This document shows, in pieces, positions 50,901-63,469 of a stretch of DNA of 64,000 bases. Source of the stretch: Mobula hypostoma (Eukaryota); the NCBI RefSeq assembly GCF_963921235.1, contig NC_086097.1:23438001-23502000 (forward strand), in the 5' to 3' direction. Numbering within the stretch: position 1 is the stretch's first letter; each line of letters opens with the position of its first letter. The notes beneath the pieces are model-generated. The model ran no database searches, had not been told where the DNA came from, and saw only the letters and a list, made by a program, of their open reading frames with translations. Both the position numbers and the translations under genes were made by a program.

Positions 50901-53579
50901 GATTTGATCTTCAAATGAAATAGTCAGGTTGCTTAGTAGGTTGCTGATGGATTACATGTGGTTAATGCATGTTAGTGGGGAAGAACTGAGACAATGACAA
51001 AAACCTGAAGGTGAAGGATGGAGATAGCAGACTTCCTTACAGGAAGGCCCTTCCTGACCTTAAGAGATGTTCGAGCTTCAATTAAGATTTTGCCTGGAAA
51101 GAGATCATGCTAGGAAAATATTTATGACTTAATTGCCCCTATAACTCAAATATTCCCAGCTGCATTGCTAACAACATCCTTCACAAAGCAGAATATTGTT
51201 GCTATGTTTCTTTGTTCTAGCAAAGTTGTGTGTATCTTTCTGTGACTTTACTGAAGCAGCAACATTAGGCAAGTTTTGCCATGAACCTGAGTATCAAATA
51301 TAATCTTTATACTATCAGTTTAAAGAGGCTCGAACTATGTCTGTTTCTACATGAGGAATATTGGTGTCAATGACCAACACAGTCCTAGGATGTGCTGGGG
51401 GTAGCCTGCAAGTGCTTCACACTTCAGGTACCAAAACCGACTCAAACATCTCAAGTCTACAGAGTTTTATTATTACTGGTTGTGGCCCAAATTCCATTGA
51501 TCTATTTCAAGCATCTTTAATCCATCTTTTACACTCCAATTTTTTAATGGACAACATTTAGCTTTTGAAGTTGTTGTGGCAGTTTTAGGATTTCAGATTG
51601 AAACACTTTGTTTTTTTTTGAACAAGTGCTGTCTAAGATCAGCTCCAATGGCACTCAGTTCAATTGAAGTTTGCACTCTCTCCACACAATGTGCATGAAG
51701 CAAGCCTATAGAGGTGAGATGGCTGCTGGTTTTGCTGGCTGCTCGCCATGTAGAACCTACTCTTTCCTTGGCATTACAGGGGTTGCAAAATAAGAGCCAT
51801 TAGGACCGTCACAGAGGCTGCTGAGCGAGCCTCTAGATGGCGATGGATCAAGAGGTGTGACTTGTGGACCTGAACAGCTCTGGATGGGTTACCTGGGCCT
51901 GAGTGCCTGACATTGAAAGATCCAAAACACTCGAGGACCCCAGGTTACATCATTGATGATGTGTCTCAGTGCATCTCAGCATTATGTGCCATCAAATTCA
52001 CACATCCAGAAATCTCATGTTTCCTTCTAAAAACGAGTCTACTGGCATGGCCCGAAATCATCTCCCCCACCCCTCTCTCCAAAGGCTAAGTAACATATAG
52101 GTATATCAGTGCTGATTCTATCAGTATTCTTTACTAGAAAGAGCATGTGTGTGGACTTTAGTCCATTAGGATTTGAGATTAGTTTTATTGATCACATGAA
52201 CATCGAAATATACCGTGAAATGTGCATTTCTGAGTCAACAAACAAAGCAGTCCAAGGACATACTGGGGGCAGCCGGCAAATATCACCATGCTTCTAGTGC
52301 CAACATAGCACGTCCACAGCTTACTAGCCCTAACTCACCTGTATGCCTTTGGAATGTGGGAGGAAACCCACATCGTCATGGAGAGAACATACAAACTCCT
52401 TACAGACAGTGGCAGGAATTGAGCTCCCCATCGCTGGCGTTGTGAAGTGTCACATTAGCTGAGGGTGAGGATTGAGATGACCTTCTTTGATCAACTTATC
52501 AGAAGGTCCTCTTTTCGAGATTGACACATGGGGAGTGGACAGAAAACCTGTTGATACCTTCAAACCTGTACACTGATTATCAATGCCTTTTAAATAAGGT
52601 GCTGCTGTTTTATTTCAGTATTAGTTATTTCTCCTGCACAAAAGTATTTTTTGCCGGATGTGAACTTGAAGGAAGTTTTACTGCCTTTCCTTTTAATCAT
52701 ACATAAACTTGTGAAATTAAGAACTAAACTTATATATGTCACGATAATTGAATTTATGTGTTGTATTCAAACTGCGCCTGGGTGTTAACTATAGCAGCCA
52801 ATGTTGTTATTTGTAGCTGTGTTAACTTAGCAAACAGAATCATTAATCTTCATTAACTTTATGAGGAAATATGAATTGAATATACCTTTCACATGTTGCT
52901 TAACTTTAATCAAAATTTTATTTTCAGCAAAAAAATTTTTATTTGTGATAATCTGATTTCCAGAATGACTGCCAATTTAGAATAGGTTGGGATTGATATG
53001 AAAGATGCAAACTTGTGAACATGAAAGTTCTGTTCCATTCCCTTGCCAGCCAAGTTCATTATTTCCTCTAGTGATCTCTATACTTTGTTCATCCGGGGAA
53101 AGTCCTGCATCATTCTCCACCAGAATAACATTCATCTCCCACCTCCATCACTCCCGACGTAGCTGAAAGTTAATTAGCAGATTTTCACGAAGTGTATCCC
53201 TCCTCATAACTGGGAATATGGGAGATGGTCATCAAACATCTCAATGAAACAGGAGATTCTGCAGATGCTGGAAATCCAGAGCCACACACACACACAAAAT
53301 GCTGGAGGAACTCAGCAGGTCAGGAAGCATCTATGGAAATGAATCAACAGTCAATGTTTTGGGTTGAGACCCTTCATCAGGAAGGGGGAAGAAGCCAGAA
53401 TAAGAAGAACCTACTAACCCATACGTCTTTGGAATGTGGTAGGAAACTGGAGCACCTGGAGGAAATCGAAGTGGTCATGGGGAGAATGTACAATATCCTT
53501 ACAGACAACAGTGGGAATTGATTCCAGATCACTGGCATGTACATTGTTACGCTAACAGCCATGTTACTGTGCCATCTGA

Positions 53580-54650
53580 ACTTTTCTCTGATTGCATCTC
53601 AGCCTCTGTTATTCCAGAAAAGAATCTGAAGTTTGACTGAGCTTTTCTTAAAACTAATACTCTCTGCTCCAGGCACCATCCTGGCCACCCTCTTCGACAG
53701 CCACTCCAAAGCTTCCACATTTTTCCTGTAATGTGGTGACTAGAACTGCAGACTAGTTTTCCAAATGTGACCTAACTAACGTCTTATGCATCTGCAACAT
53801 GACTTCTCAACTTTTATTATCAATGCCCTGAATAGTAAGGACATGCATGCAATATCTCTCGACTCCTTTTGTCTCCTGTCCTCTTGTGTTGCCATTTGTA
53901 GGGGACTATGAACCTCATCCTAAGATCCCTCACTCAATTCTCCTGTGGGATCGACCATAACTCTATACTTTCCTCTTGCATTTGACTTCTCAAAATACAA
54001 TACCTCTAACTTATTCAGATTAAACTCCATCTGCCACTTATCCACCCAAATTTCTAACCAATCTAATATGTGCTGTCATTCTTGAAAACCCTCTCAACAG
54101 CTCCATGAATTCTCATGTCATCTGTAAGTTTACGTACATTTTCATCCAGATTATTAATCACTAACAGAAAAGGTCTCAGCACTGATCTTAGCACTGGTCG
54201 CCAATGTCCAGTCAGAGAAACTCTCCTCCTGCCTCTGTGTCAAAGCAGACCTTGTTTCCAACTACCAACTCACTATTGATTCCAAGTAATTTAATCTTCT
54301 GGACCAGCCTACAATGAGAGGCATCAACAAATGTTTTGCTAAAGACCATATACAAATTTCTCTGCCCTATTCTCATCAATCATTTTTATCATTTCTTCAT
54401 ATAAGCTAAATCATATTTCTGAGACAGGCTTTTCCATGCTGATTTTCCTAACAGGTCTATGCTTTCCGAATGTAGGTATCTGCTAATCTTAAGAATCTTC
54501 TCCAATAATGCCTCAACCACTGACAGACCTACAATTTCTAGATTTTTCCTTGTTTCCATTCTTAAGCAAAGGGAAAATATTGGCTTATATCCAATATTTC
54601 TTCTGAGACCTCTCCTATGTCTAAAGAGAATACTAGGGCTTTTCTTCTAG
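53580..54650 (-). mobile_element. Old CR1-like LINE RT fragment, probably resuming at about 56500-56650
   Basis: Decayed minus-strand motifs (catctgccactt, tgtcatctg.aa, ttgctaaag.ccata) correspond to KWQM, FADD and DFSKAFD. Confidence 0.6.
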
Positions 54651-54919
54651 TAGGAGGGAATATAAGAGGCAACTTGATAAAGGGGTATGAGATGAAAAGA
54701 GGCATAGACAGAGTGAGCAGTTAGCACCCTTTTCCCAGGGTGGCACTGACAAATGCAAGAGGACATAATTTTAAGGTGATTGGAGGAGAGTATAGGGGGA
54801 TGTCAGGGGTAGATATTTTACACAGAGAGTGGAACACCTTACCAGAGATGGTGGTAGAGACCTATACATTAGGGATATTTAAGACAGTCTTAGGCACATG
54901 GGTGAAAGGAAAATGAAGG

Positions 54920-56310
54920 AGTATAAACAGAAGAGATTCTGAAAATCCAGAGCAACAAACACTAAATGCTGGAGGGTCAGGAAGCATCTATGAAAATAAA
55001 TATTCAACGTTTTGGGATGAGACTTCATCACAACTGGAAAGGAAGAGGGGAAGATGCTAGAATGAAGATCTAGCGGGAGGGGAAGGAGGACAACTTAGAA
55101 GATGAAAGGTGAAGCCAGGTGGGTGGGAAAAGTAAAGTGCTGGAGAAGAAGGACTCTCATAGGAGAAGAGAGTGGACCATAGGAGAAAGAAGAAGGAGGG
55201 GCAAGTGAGGAGAAGGGGTAAGAGGATGAGTGAAGAATAGAAGAGGAGGGAAGGGAAGGGGGAAAGCTTAAAAGAAAAGAAAAAATACTGGAGGGATAAA
55301 TTGATGTTCATGCCATCAGGTTGAGGCTATTTAGAGTGAATATGAGGAGTTCCTCCACCCTGGGAGTGGCTTAATCATGGCAAAAGTGGAGGCCATGGAC
55401 CGACATACTGGGACAGGAATGGGGATAGGATTTAAAATGGTTGCCCACCAGGATATTCTGCTTTTGGCAGATGGAGCAGATGTGCTCGACAAAGCAGACC
55501 CCTATTGTGTCGGGTCTCACCAATGTCGAGGAGGGACCATCAGGAACACTGGATACAATAGACAACCCCAACAAGATTCATAGGTGAAGTGTTGCCTCAC
55601 CTGGAAGGATTGCTTGGAGCCCTGGATGGAGGTGAATGGGCAGGTGTAGTATTCCTGTTGATTGCAGGGATACGTGCCAGGAGGGAGATTAGTGGGGAGG
55701 GATGAATGGACAAGGGAATCATGGGGGAGCAATCTCTACCGAAAGTGGAGAGGGGTGGGGGTTGGTGGAAGTAAAGCTGTGTTTGGTGGTAGAATCCCAT
55801 TGAAGATGGCGGAGGTTGCAGTAATTGATGTATTGGATGTGGAGGCTCATGGAGTGATAGGTGAGAACAAGGGGAACTCTAACCCTGTTCAGGCAGTAGG
55901 AAGATGGGCTGAACACAGATGTCTGGGAAGTGGAGGAGAATTGAGTGGGAGCAGCATCAACAGTGGAGAAAGGGAAATCCCATTCATTGAAGGAGGAGGA
56001 CATTTCTGATAGGAAAGCCTCACCCTGGAAACAGATGTGGCAGAGACAAAAGAACTGAGAAAAGGAATAGCGTTTTACAGAGGACAGGGCGGGGAAATGT
56101 ATACTCAAGGTAGCTGTGGGAATCTGTAGGTTTATAAAATAAAATGGTGGTAGACAGTTTGTCTCCAGAGATGGAGGTAGAGAAATAGGAAAGGAGAGGA
56201 AGGTATCAAAAATGGATCGAGTGGATTGAAGGGCAGGGTAGAAGTTGGAGGAAGAGCTGATGAAACTGACAAGCTCAACATAGTTGCATGAAGCAGCACC
56301 AATGCAGTCA
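54920..56310 (-). mobile_element. Penelope-like retroelement, RT C-terminus to GIY-YIG end plus terminal repeat
   Basis: ORF fragments PPGTYPCN...CPFTSIQGSKQSFQVRQHFTYES, FVEHICSI, RVPLVLTYH and FSQFFCLCHIC resemble Penelope/Neptune ORF segments; frameshifted. Confidence 0.8.
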
Positions 56311-59034
56311 AAGCCATACGACATGGGAGCAGAGTTAGGTCATTTAGCCCATCAAGTCTGCTCGGCCATTCCATCATGGCTGATTTATCATCCCTCTCAA
56401 CCCCAGTCTCCTATGTGGGATGGAAGGGTTAGATTGATCTTGGAGTAGGTTAAAAGAATAGCACAACATTGTGGCTGAAGGACCTGGACTGTTCAACGAT
56501 ACAAAGGTTCTCGTCAATCCACAGTAATCTCCTCCTTTGCTTCCCTCAAAATCGTCAGATTGATTCCATGAGGACCTGGGGACATTTTCACTTTAATTGT
56601 TTTAAAGAGACCCAACACTCTCCCCTTCTTAATGTTGACATGCCTTAAATCATCGACCTTTCCCTCCTTGATCTCACCAATATCCCTGTCCTTACTTCAA
56701 TTACAACAGATCTACTGTATATAAATTGGCTTTAATATGTCATTTCCAATTATGATGGCATACGTAGTACTCAAACCCATCACAAATAAATGTTAGTTGT
56801 TTTTGATGAAGCCAGCACTAACATTTTGCAGATTCTGTGTGCCTTGGAGCCTGCATTGAAGAGCATAAGTAATCTGAGAGGGAGGTTCTATCCAGAACTT
56901 GAGCCTACTTACCTATCCACTGAGGGCACAGCATAGCCTCATCCCGATTCTGTCAGATCCCTTTGCGCTTTCGTTCTCTTCAAATTCCATCATTAAAAGC
57001 CTTGAATGTACTCTGTAGAGAGAAGCAACCCTTCTGCATTAGAGAGTTCTAAGGATTTGTGGCACAATGTGTCAAGAATCATAAGGAAACTGCAGAAGGA
57101 AAGCTGAAACAAGGCAAAAAACACTGGAAAAACATTGCACGGCAGGCCCCTTCTATCAGTGATTCAGATCTGTGACCCTTCGTCAGACAGTTCTGACAAA
57201 GATTTCACTCCTGTAACATTAACTGTTTCTCTTCCCACAGATGCTGCCTGACCTGCTGAGTTTTTCCAGCACTTTCTGCTTTTGTTACAGTGTGAAGGAA
57301 TTTCTCTTCATCCATCGCAGTTCTGAATGGCCAAGTCACTGTCCTGGATACCTTCTGCACAACTCTCCAGCCATAGGAAATAACCTCTCTGAGTCCATCC
57401 TCTCCACCTTTCAAAGAAATTTTTTTTAGTTTATGCTGAAGACCTTCAAATTGATATCATATTGGTTTAAACTGATCACCAGATGGGGAAAAATCCAAAT
57501 AATGAGGGAGAAAGCCAGTCCTTAGACTGAGAGGTTCTCTTCCCAGTTTGGGGATGAATGACACCAAGTTAATCATGCAACCTGATACTTGTCTTAGACC
57601 AAAGCATAACTTGGGGCTGTTGTATCAGTAGCATATATTTCCCACTGCTTATAGAGTCATAAAGTCATAGAAAAGTACAGCACAAAAACAGGCCCTTCAG
57701 CCCATCTACTCCATGCTGATTTTTAAAATTTGGGCTTTAACTGGAATCCCAGCCTTCATTTTGTCCTCTTAAACCATTGTACAGTTATTTTTTTCAGTTC
57801 CGCAATATGTCTTAGTGAGATAGGAACACAGAATCTTCAGGTAAATTCTTTGAGTACCACAATTTTGGCAGAAGCGCACCTAGTGGCAAATAGATTGGTT
57901 TAATACTGCATTGCCTTCTGTTTCAATAGAAGCATCTGTCCAATTAATTAAAATGGGATACCTCTCCCTCTTTGAAATAATTGTCTTGCAGAAGTGTTAA
58001 ATGTTTATTTGCCAACATTGCAAACTGAAATTCCTTAGTCTGTGGTTTTTCAAGTGTTGCTGACAAGGTGCAATCAATAGCTGTCACCACACAGCTAAAA
58101 TCTTCAGTATTTTCACATTGAAAAAGATCTTGATCCTATGTTTAGATTATTGTAGTCTTGTGGTATGAAGTTGGATGGCGATTTGTGTGAAATCCTGGTA
58201 ATGAGTATAGACACACTGAAAAAGAAGAAAATCTCATCCTTTCCCCCTGTTTCTTGTGTAGAAATATATTTCTTTTTGCCCACAGCATTTGTTAGCACTA
58301 AAATATATCTTCAAGAGATTCTGCAATTGATGGAAATCCAGAGCAACACTCACGAAATGCTGGAGGAACTCAACAGGTCAGACAACATCTATGAAAATGA
58401 ATAAACAGGCAATGCTTTGTCTGAGATCCCTCATCAAGACAAAAAAGAAAAGGGAAGAAGGCAGAATAAGAAGTTAAAATATATTAATGTTTTACTGAGG
58501 GCACAGCCTCGGAAAAGAAGGGCATCCCAGTAGGACAGAGATGACGAGGAATTTGTTGTTCAGCCAGAGGGTGGTGAATCTGTGGAATTCATTGCCACAG
58601 CTGGCTGTGGAGCCCAAGTCATTGGATATATTTAAAATGGAGGTTGATAGGTTCTTGATCAGTCACAGGTTAAGGGGGGAAGGCAAAGGAATGGGGTAGG
58701 GAGGGACAATAAACCACCCATTACTGAATGGCCTAATTCTGCTCTGATGTCTTAAGGCATTGTGGTTTTTGACAGGGGCATCACTATTTTCTGAATGGGC
58801 TTGTCCTCAAGTTCACTTCGAGCGATGGAGTTCTCTTGCATGGAAGGTCTTGTCATAGCACAGGTCCTCTCCACTAAAGTTCTGGTTAGAAAGAAACATA
58901 GAAAATCTACAGCCCAATACAGGCCATTTGGCCCACAAAGCTGTGCTGAATATGTCCTTACCTTAGAAATTGCCTAGGGTTACCCATAGTCCTCTATTTT
59001 TCTGAGCTGCATGTACCTGTCCAGGAGTTTCTTT

Positions 59035-60280
59035 TGTTATGTACCCCGTAACGGGTTAAAGAACCAGCAGAAATGGAACACACCTGGAGTCTATTTGGCT
59101 GTTAACTAACATTACTTTATTAGTAACTACACAATAGAGTAGCATAAAAACCAGATAAATCAAACAAGTTAGCAGTGTTTATGCATATATAGGTGTGTAA
59201 ATACAAAACCCAAACTTCTTCAAGCTTAGGTGGGTAATTGATACAGTCTTACGATGGCAGATAAGAAAAGTTCAGTTCAGATGCACAGGTTAATTAATGC
59301 GAGATATTTGTAATCCAAAGGCGAATGTTGTGAGAAGGCAATTACGTCGATATTCCACAGATTCCACGATAGCAATACAAAATAACAATAGTAGTAGGTT
59401 TTATCTCCGAAGTTGTTCCACTCCCTACACGAAATATCACCGACTGTGATCTTCAATGAATATCCTTTCAACACAAGTGGTACCACACCTGAATTAAGCT
59501 ATGGGACATCTCAAAGTGATGGCCACAGGATACTCCAACAGAATCCACGTATGGATTGTCACCAACAGTAGCTTATCACAAAGGGGACCCTCTTCAAGGG
59601 AACCACCACCCAGGCAAGAGTCAACACACCGGTGATTCCACAAGGTTACCCCAAACACACAACGTGATAGCCACTTATCCAGTTCCACGACATATGAAAT
59701 AACTCCAACAGTGATTTGCCACAGGGGTGCCTTTCTTCAGTGAACTTCCACACCCAGACAAAGGGTAAACACACATGTGGTATTCACAAAGGTTTTCCCC
59801 TCACCAGAGAACCCACTACTGTGGATTAACTAAGTGACAAGCACACTTTTCTAGTCGAATGGAAACAAACTCACCCTCACAGGCTACTTAGAGAGAGAGT
59901 CCAAACAGTGATCTCTTTGTCACTATGTTTCTTCTGTTTCAAACCTATCTCTCCTCTCTTCTCTTCCTGCAAACTTGTTCTCGTTGCAGAAAACTTGTGA
60001 GAGTCATTTATCAACACTCAGGATTGGTCTCAACTCCCCCCTTTTGGGCTACTGAAAGTTTAAACCAGCGACCGACTCACTGGTGTCTTCCATTGACCGA
60101 GTCCATCTCGACTCTAACTGTGTGTGTCTGTGTGTCCTTGTATATTCAAAACTAGCTGCAGAGAAACCATAACATCAATTGCCAATCAAATAACTCTATC
60201 TCTCTCTATCTCTCTACTTTTCTATCTCTCTCTTTTTAAAAGGGCACAGTCCATAATGAATAACTCAGTATATCGTCACA
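59035..60280 (-). mobile_element. Solo LTR, 1246 bp, inserted in a CR1 tail
   Basis: Ends TGTTATG...CGTCACA; 4-bp TSD CTTT at 59031-59034 and 60281-60284; the flanks rejoin into a CR1 3' end. Orientation inferred from minus-strand AATAAA at 59116-59121. Confidence 0.8.
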
Positions 60281-62390
60281 CTTTAAAGACCTTATTGTAT
60301 CCGCCTCCGCCACTGTCGTCGGCAGCCCATTCCACGCACTCACCACTCTCTGCGTAAAAAAACTTACCCCTGACACCTCTTAGTCAGGGGTTGCCTTAGT
60401 CTTGTAAAGTTAGATAAGGGAACTCAAATTAATTAGTCAAGAATTTAGTCTGAAGATCAGGAAGAATGTGAGTGACTGTCCAGTGACGGCACTGACAGCT
60501 AAATTGCACAGCAATTTTCTGTGACTTGCGACACACACAAAATGCAGGAGGACCTGAGCAGGTTAGGCAGCAAGTATAAAAGGGAATAAGCAGTTAACAT
60601 TTTGGGCCCTGACCCTGACCACCTGTGTTCATCCAGCATGTGTGTGTTGCTCTGGATTTCCAGCATCTGCAAAATCTCTTTTTTTGATTTGCTATGATCT
60701 GCAGTACTATTTTCAAAAAAAAAGGTGGCTGAAGGTAATGAGTTCAAGGATGATTTTTCATTGGTTATTGAAGTTAAATACCTGTAAAGAAGAAATCTGC
60801 AAGGAAAAAGGCAACATTGAATCAATTGGATAGGCCATTTAATGGTCCCATTAAAGATGCAAGAATGTCTTCTAAGTACGCAGTCAAAGATTATTTTATT
60901 AATGTTCATTTCATTCACATTCAGATTTATTTATCACATTTACATCAAAGCAACCAATACACCAATTGTTCTGGGGGCAGCCTGCAAATTCTGGTGCCAA
61001 CATACCCACAATATAGCATGCCCACAATGTTCATCAGAACAACACAAGCAACAACCACGACAAAACGTGCAAAATGCTGGAGCAACTCGGACGGTCAGGT
61101 GGCATCTATGAAAATGAATAGTCAACGTTTCAGGCCAAGACCCATTTTCAGGACTGGAAAGGAAGTGGGGAGAAGCCAGGATAAAAAAGTGGGCGTAGGG
61201 GATGGAGGACTAGCTAGAAGGTGATAAGTGAAGCCAGGTGGGAGGACGTGGTAAAGGTCTGGAGAAGAAGGAATCTGAAAGGAGAGGAGAGTGGAGTAAC
61301 AACAGAACAACACCAGACAATAAAAGCAAACCAAGCCCATTTGCCATCCACTCACCCTTTCATATACACAGGCCTCTCTGCTGATAGAGATTTGAGTACA
61401 CCTGGTGTAAAATGGGAGAGGAATGATTTCAGAGAGTTAAGAATATAAATGGTGACAAAAGGCTGTCTGGAAATATATTTATTTACACTGAAATGCATAT
61501 TTGGTATGCTTGCACAGAGCTAATTCTTCCAATCAACAGCTGCTTTGTTATTAACATTTATTATAATGCTGCTTGATCTGGTCATGCTATATATGCTTGT
61601 TTATTTTTGTTCGTGGATTTGCTACCAGCACGTGGATTTTAATTAGCGCCTAGCATTGTGTTTTATTTCAATACTGTCTTCGGTGAAGATTATTATCGAA
61701 GGCTTATTATTGAAGGTGAAACATGCTTCGATGCTGAAGCATTTTTCATACCATGTTTGGTTACAGCATAACTGAAAGGCTTTTATTTCTAATTCTGTTT
61801 ATTTTTCAATTAATTAAAAATGCCGTTTGTGGCAGTTTTAATGTACTATCATTTGGGCAAGTGATTTGCGATCCTGAAACCACCAAAGGAAATGAGCAGT
61901 TTCATTTTACTGTTGCTGAAATTTATAGGACAAAATTGACATCTCATTTTCCATCTGGGTAGCCTCCAACTTGACATCATGAAATATCGATTTATCTACT
62001 TCCGGACATTTCTGCCCCTCCATCTTCACTCCTTTTTCATTCTCCTCTCTGGCTCCCCTCTTACCACTTCTCTTTCCCTCACCTGCCTATCACCTCCCTC
62101 TGGTCTAGTCCTCCTTTCCTTTCTCCCATGGTCCACCTTCCTCTCCTATCAGATTTCTTCTTCTTCAACCCTTCACCTTTTCCACCAATCAACTCCCAGT
62201 TTCTCACTTTATCCCTCCCTTCCCCCATTAACCCACCTTTCCCCCTCACCTAGACATCCAGGTGATAAATGCTTCAATGCATGGTAAGTGTAGCATTCTT
62301 ATTGGGACAAGTTGCATTTAAAATCACTTGACCTAGCTATAAGTGATACAAGGTTGTATGTGCTCATTAATAGCTTTAGCATTTTAATGT

Positions 62391-62499
62391 TGCATGTTTT
62401 GTTTTCTTTAAATGCCGATTATTTGCATTTATTAACATTGCTGCCAACTACTTAACTAACCACTGTTATTATTTGCTTTCTGTTCTTTTGCTAACAAAG
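62391..62499 (+). promoter_or_regulatory. Splicing-regulatory cluster upstream of the microexon
   Basis: TGCATG (Rbfox motif) at 62391-62396, ACTAAC (branch point/QKI-type) at 62455-62460, and TGC motifs inside the pyrimidine tract (62474, 62489) as in SRRM3/4-dependent neural microexons. Confidence 0.6.
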
Positions 62500-62526
62500 T
62501 TGTGTTGTCCAAGGCATATCTGCAAG
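62500..62526 (+). CDS. NRXN3: 27-nt alternative microexon, probable neurexin splice-site-6 insert (VVLSKAYLQ)
   Basis: tttgctttctgttcttttgctaacaaag|TTGTGTTGTCCAAGGCATATCTGCAAG|gtagaa. Phase 1/1 and frame-preserving after the ...RGCE exon; resembles the recalled mammalian SS6 peptide VAL(M/T)KADLQ at the same position. Confidence 0.85.
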
Positions 62527-63469
62527 GTAGAAAATTATGTTTCATTCTAGATCTGACTGAACACTGCTGTGTGCAATTATTTGTGCCACTTGCTCAAACT
62601 GGTTAATGCTTTTGTTTTCATTTTTATTTCTTCCAGTCCAACGTTAGCTCATTCATCAGTCAAAGATAATTAAGCAACATTAAGAGATAGATTTCTACAA
62701 ATTTTGCCCAATGAATAGACCATTCCAATTCCTCTTGTCCACTCAAACTGCCGGAAGTCTGCAAATAACAGGGCTACTAATCCTATACAGGTTCTGCAAA
62801 GGTCTGAATGGCAAGATATTGTTGTAACCATTTTTAAAAAAGTTTTATTAACATACAGCACAAAATAGGCCCTTTTGGGAATTTGAGCTAAGCCACCCAG
62901 AAATCCCCCGATTTAATCCCAGCCATGGGACCACTTACAATGACTAATTAATCTACTAACGGCTTTGGACTGTGGGAGGAAACCAGAGCACCTGGAGAAA
63001 ACTCAGAAGTGAGAACACACAAAGTCCTTACACTCAACATCAGGAATTGAACCCATGCTGCCTGTACTGTAAAGCATTGTGCTACCCTCTACACAACTGT
63101 GCCATTCCCACAAAACCACTATGGAACATTGGAGTTAATGCCCAGCTTGAATGAACATGTATCCTAATCACACAAAAAAACAGGTTGTTTGTTTCCACCT
63201 CTGTTTCGTTTGAATATCGTTGCACAGCGGTCAGAGCGGGTGTTCGCAACCTGGGGCCTACGGACCCATTGCTGAATGGTATTGGTCCATGGCATAAATA
63301 AAGGTTGGGAACCCCTCGGTTAATGTAAAGCTGTTACAGCGTCATCAGTCTGGGTTCAGTTCCAGCCGCTGTCTGTAAGGAGTTTCTAATGTCCTCTCCA
63401 TGACTGCCTGGGTTTCCTGCAGGTGCTCTGGTTTCCTCCCACATTCCAAAGATGTACATTATGTGTTCC

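Noticed and set aside
52781..52830. Possible pre-miRNA hairpin (gttaactatagc...gctgtgttaac)
   Set aside because: Only about 11 bp of stem, with a bulge and a large loop; too short and weak.
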